Below are positions 1 through 8,088 of a stretch of DNA of 32,000 nt, in pieces; within the stretch, counting starts at the first letter, position 1; every line of letters begins with the position of its first letter. The notes below the pieces were generated by a model. That model was not told the origin of the DNA, made no database searches, and saw only the letters and a list, made by a program, of their open reading frames with translations. The DNA lies in NCBI GenBank assembly GCA_027460535.1, contig JAPZAR010000012.1:1-32000 (forward strand), in the 5' to 3' direction. This DNA comes from Candidatus Methanoperedens sp. (GTDB taxonomy: Archaea > Halobacteriota > Methanosarcinia > Methanosarcinales > Methanoperedenaceae). The translations under genes were made by a program, and so were the position numbers.

Positions 1-690
1 ATGAAGGAGATCGGGACAAAACGCGGTTTACCTGTTTCCGGGATGCTTGGCGGGCTTGTGAACAGTCAGGCAACGACAGGAGCCCTTGCTGCGATGGCAA
101 AAAAAAGAACCGAGTTAATAGAATCCAGTTACCTGGGGATTATCCTTTCAAATGCTGCAACGCTGGCAAGGAACATGGTCATAGCATTGATTGTAGACCC
201 GAGCGGAAAAGTGCTTTTATTGATGGCTCCTGTGCAGATTGTCATTATCCTGTTTCTCGCAGCCACAGCTATTAAATCAAGTAACCATATGGTTTCAAAC
301 GAGACAATACAATTGCAGTCCCCGTTTGCGCTATCTCCGGCGGTAAAATTTGCCTTCGGGTTCACGGCATTATCTTTTATTTCAAGATTTGCTTACCTGT
401 GGGCAGGTGTTGCAGGAGTTTACGCGACTGCGCTGGGTGGATTTATAAGTAGCGCAGTGGTAATCGCGTCGGTGACGGCGCTTGCTGTTAACCACACGGT
501 TTCATACAATACGGCTGCAATAACCGTTGTCCTTGCAAGTATAATAAGCGTAGGCAGTAATATGATATTTGTAAAATTGTCAGGACCGCCTGAACTTATG
601 CAATTGATAAAAAAGTCCTTCACCCGCTTCATAATATTTGGTACGGTTGTTCTTATTATATGGGCGATTTTAATAAATCATAACTTTTAG
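1..690 (+). CDS. Polytopic membrane protein, C-terminal part (DUF4010 / MgtC-SapB-associated type); probably truncated by the window edge
   Basis: Frame is open from position 1. The 229 aa are almost entirely hydrophobic helices rich in small residues (GGLVNSQATTGALAAMA, ALGGFISSAVVIASVTALAV), as in DUF4010 membrane domains. The family call is from memory only. Confidence 0.45.
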   Translation: MKEIGTKRGLPVSGMLGGLVNSQATTGALAAMAKKRTELIESSYLGIILSNAATLARNMVIALIVDPSGKVLLLMAPVQIVIILFLAATAIKSSNHMVSNETIQLQSPFALSPAVKFAFGFTALSFISRFAYLWAGVAGVYATALGGFISSAVVIASVTALAVNHTVSYNTAAITVVLASIISVGSNMIFVKLSGPPELMQLIKKSFTRFIIFGTVVLIIWAILINHNF

Positions 691-1078
691 GGATAATAAT
701 CGCATTTGAGGTATCATATATTCTTGCTTTTTCCATTCCAAGGATGTTCAAAACAAACACCGAAACTAACACAGGAGATAGAAGGGATACTGAGTTACAA
801 TTCACCGTAAGGGCTTATCTACTTTGGCAAAAAAGTGTCGACATGTTCACGCAGTACGAGCTAAGCTGACGCATTGATTTTTGTTTGCTTGGGTCTGGGT
901 TGTTTTATAAAATGTAAGCTCTGCTTATAAAACAAAGTTAATATTAGTTGTCTATAAAAAAGTTGTATCATTGCTCAACCAAAAACTTTTAAACTTTAAA
1001 CTCTTACCAATACGATATAAACTGAAGCATTGATTTTGATTCGGTTTTTATTCTGTTACTAAAATAAGTCCTCGAAAT

Positions 1079-1891
1079 GTGTTTAATAATATGATTATGC
1101 ATATAGATAACTACAAGGTGAAATCTAAGGACGATTTTAAGCTCTCAAAATTAGAGACTTCATCGACATTTAAGCAGCCTGAGGAAAAAGAATTAAAGAA
1201 GATGCTCCTTAATGATACGGAAAAAATAGCGGCACTTCAGTATAAATTATATGCCGAGAATCGCCAGTCTTTATTGATTATTCTACAAGGTATGGATAGT
1301 TCGGGGAAGGACGGCAGCATTAAACATATTATGAGTGGTGTTAATCCGCAAGGTGTTTTGGTTCATAGTTTTAAACATCCCTCCGATTTAGAATTAGAAC
1401 ATGATTATTTATGGCGTCATTATCAAAAATTGCCAGAACATGGACAGATAGCTATTTTCAACCGTTCGCATTATGAAAATGTACTTATCTCAAAAGTACA
1501 TCCGAAAATAGTTCTGGTGGAACGAATTCCTGGTATTGATTCCATTGAGAAAATAGACAAAAATTTTTGGGCGAAGCGTTACAAGCAAATCAATCATTTT
1601 GAAAAAAGTATTACAGAAAGTGGGACACGTATTTTGAAATTTTTTCTTCACTTGTCGAAGCAGGAACAATGTAAACGTTTTTTAGAAAGAATTGAAAACA
1701 AAGAAAGACATTGGAAATTTTCTTCCAGCGATATTATAGAGCGTGGTTATTGGGATGATTATCAAAAGGCTTATGAAAAAGCAATAATAAATACCAATAC
1801 AAAAACTGCTCCCTGGTATATCATCCCTGCTGATGATAAATGGTTCACGCATTTGTTGATTGGAAATATTATTTCGGAAGAGGCGAAGTAA
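1079..1891 (+). CDS. ppk2: PPK2-family polyphosphate:nucleotide phosphotransferase (single-domain form)
   Basis: PPK2 Walker-A LLIILQGMDSSGKDGSIKHI, lid/Walker-B region FNRSHYENVLISKVH, and C-terminal APWYIIPADDKWF. The GTG at 1079 is the first start; ATG at 1091 or 1100 are alternatives. The gene is visibly more AT-rich than its neighbours. Confidence 0.85.
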   Translation: MFNNMIMHIDNYKVKSKDDFKLSKLETSSTFKQPEEKELKKMLLNDTEKIAALQYKLYAENRQSLLIILQGMDSSGKDGSIKHIMSGVNPQGVLVHSFKHPSDLELEHDYLWRHYQKLPEHGQIAIFNRSHYENVLISKVHPKIVLVERIPGIDSIEKIDKNFWAKRYKQINHFEKSITESGTRILKFFLHLSKQEQCKRFLERIENKERHWKFSSSDIIERGYWDDYQKAYEKAIINTNTKTAPWYIIPADDKWFTHLLIGNIISEEAK

Positions 1892-1982
1892 AATAAAAAA
1901 GGCTTTGGCATGACCAGGATATTTGTCGATGAGAGGAATTTTTCTAAAAACAAAAACGCCGATAATCTGTATCGCCTTTCGG

Positions 1983-2022
1983 TATTCCTGGAATAACCCC
2001 CCAGGAATATTTTCTTATTTTC
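1983..2022 (+). terminator. Hairpin plus T-tract downstream of ppk2
   Basis: TATTCCTGG (1983-1991) pairs with CCAGGAATA (2001-2009) across a 9-nt loop, followed by TTTTCTTATTTTC. It lies in the convergent gap between ppk2 and the PPDK-like gene. Confidence 0.35.
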
Positions 2023-2066
2023 AGTTCTCATTATTTATCTACAAATTTTTATTGAATATATTACAA

Positions 2067-3656
2067 TTATATAGTACCCCAGCTTTTAACGACGTCGATC
2101 AGCGCGAGTGGCTTCTCATATACCACATCCACTTTTCCATGGTCAAGATACACTAAGCCAGCATTTCCGTCCAGGGTGATTTCATCTCCTTCAGAAAGCT
2201 CCCGTCTGCCCAGCCGGCACTTATGATTGGGAACGTCAATATCAAGATCAGTGCAGTTCACAATACAGACCTTGCCCATCTGGCGGGCAACTACTGCAGC
2301 ATGTGAGGTTCTTGCCCCGCGGGCAGTGAGTATTCCTGCGCAGATGGCGATTCCCGGAATGTCGTCAGGGGTGACCATATCCCTGACCAGGATAACAGGC
2401 CCGTCAGCAGAGAACCTTTCCGCCACCTCGCCTGTGAATGCGATTCGACCAGAGACTACACCGCTGGACGCGGATATTCCCGCAGCAAGGGGAGAATCAT
2501 GAGAGATTACCTTCTGGATGCTGATAGATTCGATATCCACTTCTCGAAGCCTCTCCCGCGCTTCCTGCGGCGAGATGATTCCTTCCTGGCACAGCTCTAT
2601 GGCAATTCTAAGAGCCGCAAGCTGCGACCTCTTTCCGTCGCGGCTCTGGAGGATATAGAGCTTCCCCTCCTGCACCGTGAACTCTATATCCTGCATATCT
2701 TTAAAATGGGATTCGATCTTCCTGCCAACAGCAAGGAGTTCCTGATCTAACTGGGGCATGGTTTCCAGCAGCTCTCTCTGTGTGACGGTTGATCGTGCAC
2801 CGGATACCACATCCTCTCCCTGGGCTCCGAACTTGAAGTCGAGCAGGAGTTCGTTCTCCCCTGTCCAGGGGTTCCTCGTGAAGGCAACGCCTGCCCCGGA
2901 ACGCGGACCTATGTTCCCATAGACCATGGCCTGCACCGTGACAGCGGTCCCGCGGACATTATTCACCAGGTTCATCTTGCGGAATGCCTGCGCCCTGGGG
3001 TTCATCCAGGACCGAAGGACTTCGACCACAGCAAGCTCCAATTGTTCATGAACGTCCTCCGGGATCTTGTGGCCTCCCTCCAGAAATATCCTTTCATATT
3101 CCCCTGCAAGGCGCTTAAGACTGCTGGATTCCAGCTCCACTTCATCCAGTGCACCCTCTTTTTTCATGGCATCCTTTAAGAGCGATCTGTATTGCCCGGC
3201 GTCATGCGAGAACACTACTTCACCGAAGTTTTCCATCAGTCTCCTGTAGCAATCCCAGGAAAAGCGGGGGTTTCCTGTCAGGGATATCATTCTCCGAAGT
3301 GTTTCCCTGTTGAGACCCACGTTCAGCAATGTATCCATAACTCCGGGCATCGTGACCGGGGCACCGGATCTCACCGATACAAGAAGCGGTTTACGTCCGC
3401 CGAATATCAGTCCTGTGGCTCTCTCAATGAATGCGATTCCCTGACGCAGGAGGTCAGGCACGTCTCCGGGGAGTCTCCCTCCATTCCGGTAGTATTCCTC
3501 GCAGATTGAAACGTTCAAAGAGAAGCCGGGTGGAACTGGAATCCCAAGTTCTGCTATTCTCGCCAGATAAGCTGCCTTATTTCCGAAATCCTCAGATGTT
3601 ATCTCGCCCTGGCGGCCATGCCCGAACGTAACCATTCTTGGAACATCGCTTGGCAT
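2067..3656 (-). CDS. Pyruvate,phosphate dikinase homologue with only the ATP-grasp nucleotide-binding and phosphohistidine swivel domains; no PEP/pyruvate-binding TIM barrel
   Basis: PPDK signatures run along the whole length: LLVSVRSGAPVTMPGVMDTLLNVGLN, GNPRFSWDCYRRL, GAGVAFTRNPWTGE, AQGEDVVSG, DMQDIEFTVQEGKLYILQSRDGKR, and catalytic-His motif TARGARTSHAAVVARQMG. It is 529 aa versus about 870-880 aa for canonical PPDK. The ATG lies 5 nt after the upstream gene's stop. Confidence 0.8.
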   Translation of the reverse strand: MPSDVPRMVTFGHGRQGEITSEDFGNKAAYLARIAELGIPVPPGFSLNVSICEEYYRNGGRLPGDVPDLLRQGIAFIERATGLIFGGRKPLLVSVRSGAPVTMPGVMDTLLNVGLNRETLRRMISLTGNPRFSWDCYRRLMENFGEVVFSHDAGQYRSLLKDAMKKEGALDEVELESSSLKRLAGEYERIFLEGGHKIPEDVHEQLELAVVEVLRSWMNPRAQAFRKMNLVNNVRGTAVTVQAMVYGNIGPRSGAGVAFTRNPWTGENELLLDFKFGAQGEDVVSGARSTVTQRELLETMPQLDQELLAVGRKIESHFKDMQDIEFTVQEGKLYILQSRDGKRSQLAALRIAIELCQEGIISPQEARERLREVDIESISIQKVISHDSPLAAGISASSGVVSGRIAFTGEVAERFSADGPVILVRDMVTPDDIPGIAICAGILTARGARTSHAAVVARQMGKVCIVNCTDLDIDVPNHKCRLGRRELSEGDEITLDGNAGLVYLDHGKVDVVYEKPLALIDVVKSWGTI

Positions 3657-3661
3657 AAAAC

Positions 3662-5569
3662 CTATCTCCCTATGCTTTCGAGAATGTTTTCATGCATGAT
3701 GCCTGCAGCATTCGTGAGAGAACTTATAGATGTCATGATACTGCGGGTAAGCTCAAAGCAAACCAATAACCCCTTATCGTCCTCACTTTCCCTGAGGATC
3801 CCTTGCACAGTTTTCCGCAGCGCCTCATCACACTCCATTTCCAGGCCCATCACACTGTCCGAAGCCCTGAGGAAGTCCGCCATCTCATCACGGTTGTAAC
3901 CTTTATGAACTTCCCGGGCAGATATGAGGGCTTTTAAGAATTCCTGACTGCACCTCTGCGCTATCTCGGCCATTGTGCGCAGATCAGCATGGACTTCCCT
4001 TGATCCTGCATCCGGGAGAATGAGTGTGGCAAAGAACGACACCTCTTCGAGATGGTCAAGCGCATCGTCAGACGCGTTAATCAGCGCGGCAAAGAACGAT
4101 GCATCTTCAATCCTCCTGGAAAGGGCTCGAACCTTCTTCACGAGTTCATCTGCCTGACCTTCCCAGACCCGGACCTTCTGCGCACTGCGGGCTGCGACGT
4201 CCCCATCACGATGGAGAAGGGAATCGCTCACCGCGGTTGCTGCTTCGATTATGAGTGATGCATGCTCCTCGCACAATCCCATGAGATCATCATATGCGGA
4301 TCCGAGCTGTCCTAAGAGCTCAGCCTTTATTTCATTATGAATGAGAGATCGGGAATTGCCGGCCAAAAGATCGGTCGCTGCCGTCTGGAGCACCCACTGA
4401 AAATATTCCATGCACTTCTCACGGCCCAATCTTTGATGAAGTGGTTCTCCGCAGGGCACAGACAGTAAAAGGGCGTCATAGATGATCCTTTCCCCGCCCA
4501 GGTTGAAGAAAGCGATATGTCCAACCTCATTGTCTGCCGCCCATTTAAGAACTGTGATGCAGTCTTTATTGGGGAGGAAGTTCCCAAGCCGCTTACGTGC
4601 CCTGTTCCAGTCGATCAGGAACACTAGCCTTGATCCAAGGTGGGTAAAGAAGGCCCCAAGATCTGTCAGGTCCCTGGCCGTATATCTCCCTGTCAAGAGA
4701 TTATATGTCTCCTTTTCGAACTGATCACCGACGCGCTTTGATAGGGTATCCTCCCACTTCACATCCCATGCGTCGAAAAGGCTCTGGAAGAATTTTAGCC
4801 TGGGCACATGAATATCTGTGTGCACGATGGAGGCAGTCATTCCTTCGATGTTCACCACCAGCACATGCGCATCGGTCAAGCCTATATCGTTCTGAATGAC
4901 GAGCCTTGAGCCCATGCGCGTGGCGGTTGTCCCCAGGCCGGCGTGATCAAATTTGAGAGGTGCTGTGCGGTTAACCCCCGCCATGAACGCCCTGACCAGT
5001 ACCCTGTCGTTCTCCTCCAGCAGGTAGGTCATGGCCCCGTTGATATTCTCCTGCGAGAGCTCTCCCTGCATGGAATTCAGTACCCTGTGCATGTCCATCA
5101 CGAGGAGGTGGAGGCTGTCCCCGCTTTTTCGGTCGCCCGAAGTTATCTTCTGGAGAAACTGCTCGCTCAGGGCTTCTTCTCCGCCATCTGGCCAGCCCTC
5201 CAGTAGCTCTGTGAATCGTTTATCAAAATCGTGCGCCTCCCCACGTGCCAGAATGGGAAGAGACATCTCCTGCATGCATGCTTTTATAGCTGAGAGTATC
5301 TCTCCTGCATAGGGAATTCGATATGTCCCGGAACCAAGTCCTTCTGCCTCCTGCACTACACTATCAAGTAGCGCATTCTCAACCCTGGCAGTTTCCCTCT
5401 CTATTTTAAGACTGGGGAATTCACGGTCCGGATGCAGAGCACTGGACTGGGCTGTCTGGAGCAGCGTGAAATAGTACTTAATCCTGTCATTGGCCACAAG
5501 CGCCGCGTTCACTAGCTCAGGCAGGAGGAACTCTTCTTCGCCCATCTCTTTCAGGATATTCTTCTTCAT
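3662..5569 (-). CDS. 635-aa protein: unrecognised ~430-aa N-terminal region plus C-terminal PhoU_div/DUF47-like helical bundle
   Basis: The ORF track extends to 5680, but ATG 5569 (MKKNILKEMGEEE) forms an ATGA start/stop overlap with the upstream gene. The C-terminal ~200 aa align by eye with the window's own DUF47 protein (21111-21740): EGQADELVKKV/EHQGDDFVHEI, FAALINASDDALDHLEEVS/ISALASAFDDVLDYIDGTA, GLEMECDEALRKTVQGIL/RLENIADDIYKTSVAQLF. Confidence 0.6.
   Translation of the reverse strand: MKKNILKEMGEEEFLLPELVNAALVANDRIKYYFTLLQTAQSSALHPDREFPSLKIERETARVENALLDSVVQEAEGLGSGTYRIPYAGEILSAIKACMQEMSLPILARGEAHDFDKRFTELLEGWPDGGEEALSEQFLQKITSGDRKSGDSLHLLVMDMHRVLNSMQGELSQENINGAMTYLLEENDRVLVRAFMAGVNRTAPLKFDHAGLGTTATRMGSRLVIQNDIGLTDAHVLVVNIEGMTASIVHTDIHVPRLKFFQSLFDAWDVKWEDTLSKRVGDQFEKETYNLLTGRYTARDLTDLGAFFTHLGSRLVFLIDWNRARKRLGNFLPNKDCITVLKWAADNEVGHIAFFNLGGERIIYDALLLSVPCGEPLHQRLGREKCMEYFQWVLQTAATDLLAGNSRSLIHNEIKAELLGQLGSAYDDLMGLCEEHASLIIEAATAVSDSLLHRDGDVAARSAQKVRVWEGQADELVKKVRALSRRIEDASFFAALINASDDALDHLEEVSFFATLILPDAGSREVHADLRTMAEIAQRCSQEFLKALISAREVHKGYNRDEMADFLRASDSVMGLEMECDEALRKTVQGILRESEDDKGLLVCFELTRSIMTSISSLTNAAGIMHENILESIGR
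5373..5447. repeat. Copy A of a ~75-bp duplicated segment (inside the 5' part of the 635-aa gene)
   Basis: GCATTCTCAACCCTGGCAGTTTCCCTCTCTATTTTAAGACTGGGGAATTCACGG... matches 11134-11207 in the same orientation. By hand alignment 53 of the first 56 positions are identical, followed by weaker similarity with a 1-nt indel. Confidence 0.85.
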
Positions 5570-7080
5570 GGTACAAGGTCTAATGAAATTGCGAGGTCCC
5601 GATTGAATACCTTCTCGAACAGATCTCCTTTTTTCATGGCTCTGTCCTTCTCGGTTTCTGCTTCCCCTGAAATAGCACAATTGACAATCACCTGCTCGGG
5701 GGAAACCTCAGATGTGATATCTTTAACAAGGCTCTGCTGCGTGAAATCCAGTCCGTCCGCCACGCGAAGAATCGCTGACAGCGCCTTTACTTTCTGCCGC
5801 TCGTCCCGTCGCAGAGCAGCAAAGTACCGGTGCCCTTTATTTGGAAGTTCTCTCCTGTGGTAACGGGCGATTGAACCTACGATATTTCGTTCCCTTTCGT
5901 CAAAGGGAAGGTGCGGCTCGGCAAGGATGATGCGGAGTGAGGTCTTGTGATGCCCCTTCTGCCCTTCGATCCACCCGATATCATGAAGTATGCCGGCACA
6001 CTGGAGCCAGAAGCGTTCCTCGGCACCGAGGCCGTGAAGCTCTCCGAGTTCATCGAAGAGCCGCATAGCCAGCCTTGTCACCTGACTACTGTGCCCCTCA
6101 TTATAGGAAACGCTGCGAGCTGTCTTCCGAACTTCCTCCAGGCGGTTTTCATTCTTCTTTGATAGTTCCTGAGCCACCGCATCTGGTGATAGCCCCTGAA
6201 GAGTCATCTGGGCGAAAACCTCAGGAAGGCCGTTTTCCCGTATGGCTGCTGCGGCTTTCTCCACGTCATAGTCGACACGGTAGTGTTTCACTTCAAAGGG
6301 GTTTATCCACAGGATCGCGTAGCTGGCTCGAGGATCACCATCATCCTGCCTTCCTGCGCCCCCGGGGTTAATAAACCATACACCATCAACCTGACGGGAA
6401 AAGGGACGGTGCGAATGCCCGAAGATTATCACGTCAGCATCAGCGAGAAGAGCAAACTCACGAAGTTTTTCATCCGGCGTTTCAGGGCCTATTTCGGGCA
6501 AAGGGCTCCTGTGGGTAAGAAGTATTCGCTTTCCTCCAGCCTCCAGTCTGAGTTCCTCAGGCAGAGATTTGAGGTATTTGCGGTTCTTCTTAGAAAGATT
6601 GTTATATGTCCACTTGATGGCATTCCAGTCTTCAGGCGACTCTTTTTTCTCTCCCTCCTCTTCCTCTTTCTTTTCCTTGACCTTCAGAACCTTGAGGTCA
6701 TAGTTCCCAACCACGCTCTGGGCGTTCTCCTTGCGCAGTCTCCTGACAACATCATCCGGAAAAGCACCGTACCCCGTTAGGTCACCCACATTCCATATCT
6801 CTGAAACCTCTCTGTTGCTGGCATCTTCCAGGACAGACTTCAGGGCAGGCAGGTTGGCATGAACGTCCCCAATGAGTAGAAAGGCTTCGTGTTCTGCGGG
6901 TTGGGATAACTCCAGAGCAGGCAGGTTTGCAGTTTCTTTTTCTGCCTCAGCTTTCTTTATTTTTGTTTCTGCTTTAGCAAGTTTAGGTTTTGTCGTACTT
7001 CGCAGTATTTTAGGTCTCTCTTCCCACCACGAAGATACTTTGGTGTTCTTGCTTTTTTTCTTATCTTTCATATATTTCAC
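5566..7080 (-). CDS. Fusion protein: Lys-rich N-terminal tail, calcineurin-like metallophosphoesterase (YfcE/MJ0936-like) and PPX/GppA-type C-terminal HD module
   Basis: MPP motifs GDVHAN, VGDLTGYG, GNYD, LLTHRSP, GHSHRP, INPGGAG. The C-terminal ~190 aa parallel the C-terminus of the Ppx in this window: LHDIGW/LHDIGG, IARYHRRELPNKGH/VARFHRKKLPKRKD, ILRVADGLD/LLRLAEKLD. Confidence 0.75.
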   Translation of the reverse strand: MKYMKDKKKSKNTKVSSWWEERPKILRSTTKPKLAKAETKIKKAEAEKETANLPALELSQPAEHEAFLLIGDVHANLPALKSVLEDASNREVSEIWNVGDLTGYGAFPDDVVRRLRKENAQSVVGNYDLKVLKVKEKKEEEEGEKKESPEDWNAIKWTYNNLSKKNRKYLKSLPEELRLEAGGKRILLTHRSPLPEIGPETPDEKLREFALLADADVIIFGHSHRPFSRQVDGVWFINPGGAGRQDDGDPRASYAILWINPFEVKHYRVDYDVEKAAAAIRENGLPEVFAQMTLQGLSPDAVAQELSKKNENRLEEVRKTARSVSYNEGHSSQVTRLAMRLFDELGELHGLGAEERFWLQCAGILHDIGWIEGQKGHHKTSLRIILAEPHLPFDERERNIVGSIARYHRRELPNKGHRYFAALRRDERQKVKALSAILRVADGLDFTQQSLVKDITSEVSPEQVIVNCAISGEAETEKDRAMKKGDLFEKVFNRDLAISLDLVP

Positions 7081-7089
7081 ACTCCATAC

Positions 7090-8088
7090 TTATTTTACTT
7101 TTGCCTGATTCTTAGATTTTTCATCGAATGTTAACTGGATAAATTGCTTCGTGTCATTCCATATATTCTGCTCCTGAATATCTTTCCAGTATGCTACAAA
7201 CTCCTCGTATATCGCAGAACGGCGCTCGCGCAGATGCTGCTGGAAGTGCAGCAGTCCGGGCTCAAGAATCCCAAAGGAGTCGTCCTGCCCGAAATAATCA
7301 AGAGAATATGCCCGTTCATCATCCATGAATTGAGGCAAATATTCCATCCATACATCGCAGTCGTGCAGATCTCCGAGCATATCCTGGAGTTTTTTGCAGA
7401 CCAGAAGCTGGTTCTCCAGTTCCTCCTCGTAAAGGGGTGAAAACACCTCCATCGTGTAGCGAAGGCGCTTTACAGCAATACGCATGGCATGGTGCTCTTT
7501 TATATTTTCAGGGATGTAAACTGAGGCTTCATGAGCGAATATCTCATCAAGCCGCGTTGTTATGTGGACAATCGCTTTTTGATAAATCTTTGGAGAATTG
7601 ACTTCAGCTCTACCCTTGCGCATCTTACGGCACAACTTTTCCATATCCTCCGCCACGCCACTCTCATGAAGCCTGTCAATGGCCTCGATCACACGCGGTT
7701 GCGTCCGCTCCCTGCGCTGCCTGAGGCGCAGGAGGAAGCGCTGCGCACCAGGGCGGAGGCTTTCCTCTTTTAGCTTCTCGGTGTATGCCTTAAGGAAAGC
7801 TATCTGCACATCTGCATCCCGTGCCTCCCTAAGAGCGCGAGTGATATTGCGGATCTCTTTTCGCCAGTCCCTGTACTTCTTAGGAGGGAAACACTCTTCA
7901 AAAAGTGGAAGGCAGGAGCGGATCCGCCTTGATGCGACTCGCATCCTGTGAATGAACTCAATGTCCTTCGCCTCACGCACGCCTTCTATCTCCCTGGAAA
8001 GGGACCGAAGAAGCGGGCGAAGTCTATCCGCTCCGAAAAGGCAATATCCAGTGAAGTTTTTCAGAGATCCTTTCCTCTTAGAAATCAC
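7090..8088 (-). CDS. CHAD domain-containing protein
   Basis: Helical protein with CHAD signatures FIHRMRVASRRIRSCLPLF and HHAMRIAVKRLRYTMEVF. The GTG start at 8088 overlaps the ppk1 stop by 11 nt. Confidence 0.8.
   Translation of the reverse strand: MISKRKGSLKNFTGYCLFGADRLRPLLRSLSREIEGVREAKDIEFIHRMRVASRRIRSCLPLFEECFPPKKYRDWRKEIRNITRALREARDADVQIAFLKAYTEKLKEESLRPGAQRFLLRLRQRRERTQPRVIEAIDRLHESGVAEDMEKLCRKMRKGRAEVNSPKIYQKAIVHITTRLDEIFAHEASVYIPENIKEHHAMRIAVKRLRYTMEVFSPLYEEELENQLLVCKKLQDMLGDLHDCDVWMEYLPQFMDDERAYSLDYFGQDDSFGILEPGLLHFQQHLRERRSAIYEEFVAYWKDIQEQNIWNDTKQFIQLTFDEKSKNQAKVK

Noticed and set aside
744-869. 41-codon ORF in the ppk2 leader (MFKTNTETNTGDRRDTELQF...)
   Set aside because: No start context, no homology and a low-complexity N-terminus. 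It is most likely non-coding.
5570-5680. 37-codon N-terminal extension of the 672-aa track ORF (MCYFRGSRNREGQ...)
   Set aside because: It would overlap the upstream gene by more than 100 nt. ATG 5569 gives a classic ATGA stop/start overlap and a plausible N-terminus.
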